Of a DNA stretch of 56,479 bases, positions 17,779 to 26,607 are shown piece by piece. The notes below the pieces were generated by a model. It worked only from the letters and a program-made list of their open reading frames with translations. It was not told where the DNA came from and did no database searches. Each line of letters opens with the position of its first letter. The first letter of the stretch is position 1. A program made the position numbers and the translations under genes. Origin of the DNA: a virus (Duplodnaviria > Caudoviricetes); the IMG/VR virus record IMGVR_UViG_3300044730_001415, positions 1-56,479 of that record; one strand, written 5' to 3'.

Positions 17779-19524
17779 TTGGAAATGTCAAACACCGCGG
17801 TACCAAAATATTACTTTGAGTTTCGACAAAAAGTTTTATCGGGAGAAATTCCGGTAAACCGCGAAGTTTCTTTGGAAATGAATCGCATTGACGATCTCAT
17901 TGCCAACCCAAACATATATTATGACGGCACAATTGTCGAGGGGTTCGTTCGATACTGCGAAAAAGAACTTACCTTAACGGATGGTAGCAACCTTCTCCTT
18001 TTGGATTCATTTAAACTTTGGGCAGAACAGCTTTTAGGCTGGTATTACTACGTTGAGAGAAGCGTATATACTCCCGGACCAGACGGTCGTCGAGGTTCTT
18101 ACGTGAAAAAGTACGTAAAGACCAGGCTAACAAAAAAGCAATACCTGATTGTTGCGCGAGGTGCCGCAAAGTCTATGTATGCAATGTGTGTACAAAGCTA
18201 CTTTTTAAATGTAGTCACAGCGACAACGCACCAAATAACGACTGCCCCAACAATGAAACAGGCAGATGAAGTAATGTCTCCGTTTAGGACTGCAATAACT
18301 AGGTCTCGAGGACCTTTATTTAAGTTTCTAACAGAAGGGTCACTTCAGAATACCACGGGATCAAGAGCAGATCGAACCAAATTAGCGGCAACAAAAAAGG
18401 GCATTGAAAACTTTTTAACTGGTTCGTTATTAGAAGTTCGACCAATGGCAATTACAAAACTTCAAGGCCTTCGACCAAGAGTCTCCACAATTGACGAATG
18501 GCTTTCTGGGGATATTCGAGAGGATGTCGTTGGTGCAATAGAACAAGGCGCCTCAAAACTTGACGACTACGTGATTGTTGCCATTAGTTCAGAAGGAACC
18601 GTTCGAAATGGTTCCGGAGACACAATCAAAATGGAGCTTGCCACTATCTTAAAAGGCGATTATCAAGCGCCACATATTTCAATTTGGCACTACAAGTTGG
18701 ATGATGTGGAAGAGGTAGCGAATCCAGAGATGTGGATTAAAGCTCAGCCAAATATTGGTCAAACCGTCAGTTATGAGACATATCAACTTGATGTTGAGAG
18801 AGCTGAAAAAGCACCAGCTTCTAGAAATGATATTTTGGCTAAGCGATTTGGTATTCCGATGGAAGGGTATACATATTTCTTTACTTACGAAGAAACAATA
18901 CCCCACCGAATGCGTGAGTTTTGGAGACTTCCATGTTCTCTTGGCGCAGACCTTTCACAAGGGGACGATTTCTGTGCGTTCACATTTTTATTTCCTCTTT
19001 CTGATGGAAGCTTCGGTATAAAAACTCGAAGTTATATTTCTTCTTTAACGCTAATGCAACTGCAAGCAGCAATGCGAGCAAAATACGAAACTTTCATTGC
19101 AGAAGATAGTCTTCATGTACTTGACGGTACCGTGTTAGACATGATGCAAGTATACGACGACCTCGACATGTTTATTCAAAGATGCGAGTATGACGTAAGG
19201 TGCTTTGGTTTCGATCCGTACAACGCAAAAGAGTTCGTTACTCGATGGGAAGCAGAAAATGGCCCATATGGGATCGAAAAAGTAATTCAAGGCGCAAAAA
19301 CAGAATCAGTACCTCTCGGTGAATTAAAAATTTTAAGCGAACAAAGAATGCTTATATTTGATCAAGAGTTAATGGGCTTTGCTATGGGTAATGCCGTAAC
19401 TCTCGAGGACACAAATGGTAATCGCAAATTATTTAAAAAAAGAAAAGAAGAAAAGATCGACAATGTATCCGCATTAATGGATGCTTACGTCGCATACAAA
19501 GCAAACAAAGAAGCATTTGATTGA
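17779..19524 (+). CDS. terL: terminase large subunit
   Basis: VARGAAKS Walker A variant, TIDEW Walker B, nuclease motifs GADLS, FDPYNA, KIDNVSALMDA; GGAGG before TTG 17779. Confidence 0.9.
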   Translation: MEMSNTAVPKYYFEFRQKVLSGEIPVNREVSLEMNRIDDLIANPNIYYDGTIVEGFVRYCEKELTLTDGSNLLLLDSFKLWAEQLLGWYYYVERSVYTPGPDGRRGSYVKKYVKTRLTKKQYLIVARGAAKSMYAMCVQSYFLNVVTATTHQITTAPTMKQADEVMSPFRTAITRSRGPLFKFLTEGSLQNTTGSRADRTKLAATKKGIENFLTGSLLEVRPMAITKLQGLRPRVSTIDEWLSGDIREDVVGAIEQGASKLDDYVIVAISSEGTVRNGSGDTIKMELATILKGDYQAPHISIWHYKLDDVEEVANPEMWIKAQPNIGQTVSYETYQLDVERAEKAPASRNDILAKRFGIPMEGYTYFFTYEETIPHRMREFWRLPCSLGADLSQGDDFCAFTFLFPLSDGSFGIKTRSYISSLTLMQLQAAMRAKYETFIAEDSLHVLDGTVLDMMQVYDDLDMFIQRCEYDVRCFGFDPYNAKEFVTRWEAENGPYGIEKVIQGAKTESVPLGELKILSEQRMLIFDQELMGFAMGNAVTLEDTNGNRKLFKKRKEEKIDNVSALMDAYVAYKANKEAFD

Positions 19525-19548
19525 TGCCAATTTTGAAAGGATACGAAA

Positions 19549-19938
19549 ATGGCTGGAAACAAAGTTACAAAACAGATTATTGTTACGGGTCAGAAAAACC
19601 TCGACTCGAATTTAATTGCCGAAGACTGCGCATTTTTCACGCCATCTGGCCAGCAGCTAACACTTGGTGTTATTACCGCGACAACTGCAACTGCAGCAGC
19701 AACGGCCGCTAAAACCACGTCCACTCCTGCGCCCCCTGCAAACTCGTTGATTGCAGTCAGTTTTACGTCGGGTAATACGGTGGCGTCGCCGACTATTAAC
19801 TTTAACGGTGCTGGTGCAGTAAACATCCTTCTTGGAGGGGCTGCCCCTGCCTCGGCAGAGATCACGCTTTCTGCCAATGGTGTGGCAATGTTCTTCTACG
19901 ACGGAACAAACTTGCATCAAATCGGTGTATATTCCTGA
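19549..19938 (+). CDS. small structural-type protein
   Basis: Ala/Thr-rich 129 aa; AAGGA RBS. Confidence 0.6.
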   Translation: MAGNKVTKQIIVTGQKNLDSNLIAEDCAFFTPSGQQLTLGVITATTATAAATAAKTTSTPAPPANSLIAVSFTSGNTVASPTINFNGAGAVNILLGGAAPASAEITLSANGVAMFFYDGTNLHQIGVYS

Positions 19939-19965
19939 TTTTAAACTTTAGAACAGGAGAACGTT

Positions 19966-20394
19966 ATGGACCTTAACGCAGTTGGGGTTTACCTTGAGGC
20001 ACAGGGACTAAACGATAACGAAATTGATGAATTTTTTAAACATCATAATATCGAAGGTATAAGCTGGGCTGACTATAAACTGGATGATCCGGTTGATAAA
20101 GTTCTTGCACATTTTGGTGTTCCCGGCATGAAGTGGGGGCGACGAAAAGCCTCTGGGCCCCCGTCGAGAGCCGAACGAAAAAAGCAGCTATATGATGTTA
20201 CAGCAAGAAACAACCGAGTTCAAAGGCGTGTTGCCACCGGCGCCGCATTCATCGCTACAAATATCATAGCAAGTGGCGTTGCAAAAAAAGCAGGCTTAAA
20301 TAAAAAGTTTGTCGTTAGCGCTGTTGTGCTTGGTACTGCTTCAGTTAACAGTGCATTGAAAGTTCATGGGGCTAAAAAGCTTGCCGACATCTAA
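19966..20394 (+). CDS. LAHFG..GMKWG.RK-motif protein
   Basis: VLAHFGVPGMKWGRRK, acidic N-terminus, basic/hydrophobic C-terminus. Confidence 0.65.
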   Translation: MDLNAVGVYLEAQGLNDNEIDEFFKHHNIEGISWADYKLDDPVDKVLAHFGVPGMKWGRRKASGPPSRAERKKQLYDVTARNNRVQRRVATGAAFIATNIIASGVAKKAGLNKKFVVSAVVLGTASVNSALKVHGAKKLADI

Positions 20395-20427
20395 AGTCAA
20401 AGCTAACAAATAGAAAGGAGGTATATT

Positions 20428-21642
20428 TTGCCGATTAAAACACGTTTATTAAACGCACTAAACGCATTTATAAAATACGAACAAGATGGGGCTGATCAGT
20501 TTCCCAACCTAGGCCCAAGCTCGTATGTTCGACCGGATAAGCCGCGTTTGATGTTGTACAACGACAGATCGCTAATTTCCTCTATATATACTAGGCTAAG
20601 TATTGATGTCGCGGGCGTTGATATTCGTCATGTTGTAGTTGATGGTTTTAAGCGATATTCAAACGAGGCAGAATCTTCGCTAAATGATTGTTTAACATTT
20701 GAACCAAATATCGACCAAGGTCCAAGACAGTTTATTCAAGACGCGGCGTTAACCTTATTCGACAAAGGCGTCATGGCAATCGTCCCGATCGAAACAAGCG
20801 AAGATCCAAGTTTATCGAAAAGTTATGATGTTTTTCAGCTGCGAATTGGTCACATTGTGGACTGGTATCCGCAGCATGTTAAAGTAAGTATTTATAACGA
20901 GATCAAAGGCGTTCGTCAAGAAATAATTCTAGCAAAAAGAGCAGTTGCTGTAGTCGAGAATCCGTTTTACTCAGTAATGAATGAGACTAACTCTACTCTT
21001 CAGCGACTTGTCCGAAAGCTTGCGCTTCTTGATTCGGTAGACGAAGCAACTGGATCAGGCAAACTTGATTTGATCATTCAGCTCCCTTACGTCATCAAGT
21101 CTGAGGCCCGTCAGCAGCAAGCCGAAAAGAGACGACAAGAAATTGAGTTTCAGTTGCGTGGAAGTCAATACGGTATTGCCTACACAGACGGAACCGAGAA
21201 GATTACCCAACTTAATCGACCTGCAGAAAACAATCTGCTTAAACAAATTGAGTATTTAACAAATCAGTTGTTTAGTCAATTAGGGTTAACGCCGGAAGTT
21301 ATGAATGGAACCGCCGACGAAAAAGTAATGGTCGCCTACTTTAATCGCACTATTGAGCCAATTTTAGATGCAATTACACAAGCAGTGCAACGATCATTTA
21401 TTGGCATTGAACGGGTTAAAAAGGGAGAAAGAATCAAATACTTCCGAGATCCGTTTAAGCTTGTTCCTGTTTCTGATCTTGCGGAAATCGCAGACAAATT
21501 CTCTCGAAATGAAATCTTAACAAGTAATGAAATTCGAGGGTTCCTTGGGTTTATGCCACACAATGATCCAAAAGCAGATAAACTTCTTAATAGCAACATG
21601 CCTCAGCCAACTTCAAATGAATTGGCGCAACCGACTCAGTAA
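20428..21642 (+). CDS. portal protein
   Basis: 404 aa between terL and capsid gene; HK97-portal-like L..EPN...F and C-terminal TSNEIR..LG..P. Confidence 0.85.
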   Translation: MPIKTRLLNALNAFIKYEQDGADQFPNLGPSSYVRPDKPRLMLYNDRSLISSIYTRLSIDVAGVDIRHVVVDGFKRYSNEAESSLNDCLTFEPNIDQGPRQFIQDAALTLFDKGVMAIVPIETSEDPSLSKSYDVFQLRIGHIVDWYPQHVKVSIYNEIKGVRQEIILAKRAVAVVENPFYSVMNETNSTLQRLVRKLALLDSVDEATGSGKLDLIIQLPYVIKSEARQQQAEKRRQEIEFQLRGSQYGIAYTDGTEKITQLNRPAENNLLKQIEYLTNQLFSQLGLTPEVMNGTADEKVMVAYFNRTIEPILDAITQAVQRSFIGIERVKKGERIKYFRDPFKLVPVSDLAEIADKFSRNEILTSNEIRGFLGFMPHNDPKADKLLNSNMPQPTSNELAQPTQ

Positions 21643-21682
21643 TTCTTTTGACTAAAACTAGATTTAAGAAAGGAAGGTCAAA

Positions 21683-23656
21683 ATGGAAGCAGATTTTGGT
21701 GGATACGCAACAAAAGCGGGATTGAAGTGCAGCGACGGCAGAACGATTATGCCGGATGCATTCAAACATCAAGACCGAGTTACAGTCCCTCTGGTGTGGC
21801 AGCATGGTCACAACACTCCGAGCAACGTCTTGGGCCATGCGGTTTTAGAAAACCGTGAAGATGGTGTATATGCTTACGCATATTTTAACGACACTCAGCC
21901 CGCTGATCATGCCAAAAAATTAGTTCACCATCGCGACATTAAAGCGCTCTCGATATGGGCTAACCAGTTAATTGAACGTGGCGGTCGAGTTCTTCACGGG
22001 ATGATTCGTGAAGTCAGTTTAGTGTTTTCGGGCGCAAATCCCGGCGCACTCATCGACACTATTAACATTCGGCATAGCGATGGTAGTAATGACATCGTCG
22101 AAGACGAAGCAATTATTTACACAGGGCTTGACATTGAGCTCTTTCATTCAGAAGATACAATGAACAAAGGCGATTCTAAAATGACCGATACAAATAACGA
22201 TCTTACGGTTCAGGATGTCTATGAATCGATGACGCAGGAGCAGAAAGACGTCGTCGCTTACATGGTGCAGACGGCTCTTGAAGACGCATCCACAATGGCG
22301 CAGAGCGCAATTAATACTGAAGAAATTAAAGCAACACTTAACGAAATTAAGGAAGGAATCACAATGTCCCACAACGTCTTCGATCAGAGCGAAAGCACAA
22401 ACAAGCACGTGGTCAGTCACGCGGACGTTAAGAGCGTTCTTGATGACGCCAAGAAGCGCGGTTCGTTCAAAGAGGCAATTTACGATTACGGCTTGGTGCA
22501 CGGCATCACTGACGTGGATGTCCTTTTCCCGGACGCTAAGAACGTTCTTAGCCAGCCTGAATGGAACAAGCGTCGCACTGAGTGGGTGACAAACTTCCTG
22601 AACGGCACCAACAAGACGCCGTTTAGCCGGATTCGCACGCTGTCGGCAGATCTCACCTTTGATCAGGCTCGCGCCAAGGGCTACATCAAGTCCAGCTTCA
22701 AGAAGGAAGAGTTCTTCTCGATCGGTAAGCGCGTTACCACCCCTACCACAATCTATAAGAAGCAGAAGCTTGAGCGCGACGATATGATCGAGATCACAGA
22801 TTTCGACGTCGTTGCTTGGCTGAAGGCCGAGATGCGCATCATGCTTGACGAGGAGATCGCCCGTGCGGCGCTTGTTGGTGACGGTCGCGATGTGGCTGAC
22901 AGCGACAAGATCAGCGAGACGAACATTCGTCCGATCGCCAAAGATAGCGAATTGTTCACGACCACGGTCAACGTCAACATCGATGACTCTGCTTCGTCGA
23001 TGTCGGAAGTTGTGGATGCAATTATTTCGGCTCGTCGCTTCTACAAGGGCACTGGCCTCCCCAATGCCTATATGAGCGAAACCTACATCTCGCGGTTCTT
23101 GCTGCTCAAGGACACAACCGGCCGTCGTATCTACGCCGACATCAACCAGCTGGCTGCTGAGCTTCGCGTCTCGGCAATCATTGGTTGCGAGATCCTTGAG
23201 GACGACGCGTCGATCGTTGCGATCATCGTCAACCCGGTGGACTACACCATGGGCGCAACTCGCGGTGGCGAAGTTAGCATGTTCGAGGACTTCGACATTG
23301 ACTACAACCAGCAGAAGTACCTCATTGAGACTCGCATGTGCGGTGCACTGACAAAGCTCAAGTCGGCTCTCGTCGTCAAGAAGGTTGCCGCTTCGGTTAC
23401 TCTGGTCAGCCCGACCAAGCCGACGTTCAATGCTTCGACTGGTGTTGTTACCATCCCGACGGTCACTGGCGTCACGTACAAAGCCGCAACGTACAACTCG
23501 GTTGATGGCGTGGTTACCGCGGGTGCAACTTTGTCGGCTGGCGCACAGACAGCGATTGCCGCTGGCGCTACAACTTACGTGGTTGCAGTCCCGTCGAGCG
23601 CCTCGTTTGAGTTCAACACCTCGGCTGAGGACTTCTGGGCATTCACTCGTAACTGA
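21683..23656 (+). CDS. prohead protease - major capsid protein fusion with C-terminal Ig-like extension
   Basis: FGGYA...PDAF...VPLVWQH...LSI...EVSLV..GANPGA protease domain, acidic linker, then capsid domain. Confidence 0.88.
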   Translation: MEADFGGYATKAGLKCSDGRTIMPDAFKHQDRVTVPLVWQHGHNTPSNVLGHAVLENREDGVYAYAYFNDTQPADHAKKLVHHRDIKALSIWANQLIERGGRVLHGMIREVSLVFSGANPGALIDTINIRHSDGSNDIVEDEAIIYTGLDIELFHSEDTMNKGDSKMTDTNNDLTVQDVYESMTQEQKDVVAYMVQTALEDASTMAQSAINTEEIKATLNEIKEGITMSHNVFDQSESTNKHVVSHADVKSVLDDAKKRGSFKEAIYDYGLVHGITDVDVLFPDAKNVLSQPEWNKRRTEWVTNFLNGTNKTPFSRIRTLSADLTFDQARAKGYIKSSFKKEEFFSIGKRVTTPTTIYKKQKLERDDMIEITDFDVVAWLKAEMRIMLDEEIARAALVGDGRDVADSDKISETNIRPIAKDSELFTTTVNVNIDDSASSMSEVVDAIISARRFYKGTGLPNAYMSETYISRFLLLKDTTGRRIYADINQLAAELRVSAIIGCEILEDDASIVAIIVNPVDYTMGATRGGEVSMFEDFDIDYNQQKYLIETRMCGALTKLKSALVVKKVAASVTLVSPTKPTFNASTGVVTIPTVTGVTYKAATYNSVDGVVTAGATLSAGAQTAIAAGATTYVVAVPSSASFEFNTSAEDFWAFTRN

Positions 23657-23674
23657 TAAGCACAAGGAGTTTTT

Positions 23675-24022
23675 ATGGCAAGATTTTATGGTGCAGTTGG
23701 TTATGGCGAAACCATAGAAAGTCCAGCAAACTCCGGAATATGGGTAGACGTCATCACAGAGTATTTATATTTTGGTGACGTTACCCGTGCTTCGCGTAAA
23801 AGTGGCGACAACGAACATCTTAATTCGGACATAACAGTAAGTAACACAATAAGCATTCTTGTCGATCAGCACGCTGCAAAACACTTTTCTAAAATAAAGT
23901 ATGTCGTATGGAATGACGTTAAATGGACTGTAGACAATGTTGAAGTTCAGCCACCTCGTCTTATACTTCGGTTAGGAAGCGTTTATAATGGCCCAACGTA
24001 CATCCCTCCAAGCCCTGCTTAA
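23675..24022 (+). CDS. head closure / stopper protein
   Basis: Follows capsid gene; YVVWNDVKWTV..VEVQPPRL. Confidence 0.6.
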   Translation: MARFYGAVGYGETIESPANSGIWVDVITEYLYFGDVTRASRKSGDNEHLNSDITVSNTISILVDQHAAKHFSKIKYVVWNDVKWTVDNVEVQPPRLILRLGSVYNGPTYIPPSPA

Positions 24023-24293
24023 AACTATTCTGGGGTCAAATAATGTATATTTCCAACCACCCCCAAGTATACAAATGCAATACCCTGCAATAGTCTATCG
24101 TCGAGATGATGACGATTTGACGCATGCTGGAAATAAACCGTATAATCGTCGAATTCGGTATCAAGTAACTGTGATTGATTCAAATCCGGACAGTTTGATT
24201 CCAGAAAAAATAGCATCGCTTCCGCTTTGCTCTTATGATCGATTTTATACGGCAGATAAATTAAACCATGACGTGTTCAATCTTTTCTTCTAA
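23988..24293 (+). CDS. tail terminator-like protein
   Basis: NVYFQPP....MQYPAIVY...YQVTVI. Confidence 0.65.
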   Translation: MAQRTSLQALLKTILGSNNVYFQPPPSIQMQYPAIVYRRDDDDLTHAGNKPYNRRIRYQVTVIDSNPDSLIPEKIASLPLCSYDRFYTADKLNHDVFNLFF

Positions 24294-24304
24294 GGAGAAA
24301 TAAA

Positions 24305-25228
24305 ATGCCAATACTTACTTGGGACAATGTCGGCGAACGTTTCTACGAAACAGGTGTCGATCAGGGCGTCCTTTACATCCCTGATGCTAATGGTAACTAT
24401 AACATTACCCCCGGAGTTCCTTGGAACGGTCTCGTTTCCGTTACCGAGTCGCCTAGTGGTGCAGAAGCAAATGCGCAGTATGCCGACAACATTAAGTACC
24501 TGAACCTGTATTCGGTCGAGGAGTTTAGCGCATCGCTGGAAGCCTATACCTACCCCGACGAGTTCAACCAGTTCGACGGAATCGTCACACAGAACTCTGG
24601 AGTTCAGATCGGCCAGCAGCCGCGCAAAACTTTCGGTCTTTCGTATCGAACCAAGCTTGGTAACGACATCAATGACGATTTAGCGTATAAGTATCACCTT
24701 GTCTACGGCCTTAAGGCCAGCCCGACAGAAAAGGCGTACAGCACCGTCAGCGATTCGCCGGAGCCGATTACATTTAGCTGGGAGCTCATGTCGACTCCGG
24801 TTAGCGTCACCGGTCAGAAGCCGACATCGATCATCACTATCGATTCTCGCAGGGTTAGCGCCGCAAACCTGCTAGCTCTGACAAATGCGCTGTATGGCAC
24901 TTCTAGCTCCACCGCGTATCTTCCGCTCCCGGATCAGGTCGTGTCGATGTTTGCTGGCAGCGCTCCAACCGTCATTACGCCTGCGCAGCTTCAGGCTGCA
25001 GCCCCGACCTTTGTTGCGGGAACTGGTATTGCCACTATTACCAACCTTACCGGCGTTACTTGGAAGCTTACAAATGCTGCCGTCAGCAACGTTACTGTTA
25101 CCGCAGGACCTACCTCGGGTGCTCAGATTCCACTCGCTTCGTCACCCGTTCTCATTCAGGCAGTGCCGCAGGCGGGGTACATCTTTGGGACGTTTGCTCA
25201 GACGTCTTGGACGTTCAACCGTACCTGA
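24305..25228 (+). CDS. major tail protein with C-terminal Ig-like extension
   Basis: ETGVDQGVLY, WNGL.SV.ESP, YADNIKY, FGLSYRT, H.VYG..A.P, FSWE. Confidence 0.85.
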   Translation: MPILTWDNVGERFYETGVDQGVLYIPDANGNYNITPGVPWNGLVSVTESPSGAEANAQYADNIKYLNLYSVEEFSASLEAYTYPDEFNQFDGIVTQNSGVQIGQQPRKTFGLSYRTKLGNDINDDLAYKYHLVYGLKASPTEKAYSTVSDSPEPITFSWELMSTPVSVTGQKPTSIITIDSRRVSAANLLALTNALYGTSSSTAYLPLPDQVVSMFAGSAPTVITPAQLQAAAPTFVAGTGIATITNLTGVTWKLTNAAVSNVTVTAGPTSGAQIPLASSPVLIQAVPQAGYIFGTFAQTSWTFNRT

Positions 25229-25257
25229 TTCTAAATTAGACAGAAAGAGACCAGAGA

Positions 25258-25806
25258 ATGCTAAAACTTGTTATCGAAGGTCAAGAACTGTGGGACGAAT
25301 CCACAGAATCTTTTAAAAGAGATGATAATGAAACTGTAATCTTAAACTTAGAGCATTCTCTGGTCTCTCTGTCAAAATGGGAGTCAAAATTTGAGAAATC
25401 TTTTTTGGGGAAGCAAGATAAAAGCGTCGCTGAAATAGTTGCATATATTGAAGCAATGATTGTCGACGAAAACTACCCCATTGGAGTCTTAGAAAAACTT
25501 ACGCAAGCGCACATCTCCGAAATAAACAACTACATCGATTCAAAACAATCGGCTACTTTCTTTTCGGAAATAAAAAGGCAAGGCGGACGTAGTGAGGTAA
25601 TTACATCAGAGCTTATTTACTATTGGATGATTGCCTTTAACATACCATTTGAATGTCAGACGTGGCATCTTAATCGACTTTTTGCATTAATTAGGATTTG
25701 CAACATGAAGAATGCAAAACCAGACAAAATGTCAAAACACGCCGTTGCGCAAAGAAATCGCGAGCTTAATGAATCTCGCAAAAAACAACTCGGAACTTCT
25801 GGATAG
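25258..25806 (+). CDS. tail assembly chaperone-like protein
   Basis: LEHSLVSLSKWES...ITSELIYYWM...WHLNRL; follows the major tail gene. Confidence 0.6.
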   Translation: MLKLVIEGQELWDESTESFKRDDNETVILNLEHSLVSLSKWESKFEKSFLGKQDKSVAEIVAYIEAMIVDENYPIGVLEKLTQAHISEINNYIDSKQSATFFSEIKRQGGRSEVITSELIYYWMIAFNIPFECQTWHLNRLFALIRICNMKNAKPDKMSKHAVAQRNRELNESRKKQLGTSG

Positions 25807-25815
25807 GGGGTAGAA

Positions 25816-26592
25816 ATGCCAATTCTTTCATGGAATAATGCGGGCACGCGAAGATTTGAAACCGGTCTTGATCGTGGCGTTTTGTATTTAGATACTTCTT
25901 TAGGTGTCGCTTGGAATGGGCTTCTTTCCGTAAGTGAAGAAAAAGTAGGCCAAGAAGTAATAGGTTTATACTACGACGGTCTTAAACATTATGACTACGT
26001 TACCCCAAAGGAGTATGCGGCAACGCTCACAGCCTATACGTATCCTGATCAATTTTTAGAATACGAGGGTGTCGCAACTATCGACAATAACATCCGAATT
26101 GACAACCAACGACACAAGCGATTTGGATTAAGTTATAGGACACAAATAGGCAACGATATAAATGAAGATCTTGGTTACAAAATTCATATATTGTATGATT
26201 TGACCGCCGTTCCCTCAGATGTTACTTACGGCTCGAGAACTGACTCGCCTGAAATAATAGAGTTTGAATGGCAGATCACGTCCCGCCCAAAAAACGTAAC
26301 GGGATATAGACCAACTTCGCACCTAACTATAGACTCAACAAAAACGCCGCCTGATGTGGTAGCCGCTATAGAAAACATACTCTATGGTACTTTGAGTTCA
26401 AACCCACAACTACCCTCAATATCTTCCTTACGAACTTTAATGACAATGCTAAGCATTATCGATAATGGCGATGGAACTTGGACGGCAATTGGGTCGGATT
26501 CTGTAGTTTATATGATAGACGCAAACACGTTTGAAATTAACAGTCCATCTGTCAGCATGATCAATGCGACAACGTTTCAGGTTTCTAGCTAA
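25816..26592 (+). CDS. second major-tail-protein paralog
   Basis: ETGLDRGVLY, WNGLLSV, AYTYPD, FGLSYRT shared with 24305-25228. Confidence 0.8.
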   Translation: MPILSWNNAGTRRFETGLDRGVLYLDTSLGVAWNGLLSVSEEKVGQEVIGLYYDGLKHYDYVTPKEYAATLTAYTYPDQFLEYEGVATIDNNIRIDNQRHKRFGLSYRTQIGNDINEDLGYKIHILYDLTAVPSDVTYGSRTDSPEIIEFEWQITSRPKNVTGYRPTSHLTIDSTKTPPDVVAAIENILYGTLSSNPQLPSISSLRTLMTMLSIIDNGDGTWTAIGSDSVVYMIDANTFEINSPSVSMINATTFQVSS

Positions 26593-26607
26593 TAGTAAGG
26601 AAAAACT

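Noticed and set aside
22148-23665. 505-aa minus-strand ORF
   Set aside because: Antisense shadow of the codon-biased capsid gene; no recognisable motifs. The same applies to the other minus-strand ORFs in the track.
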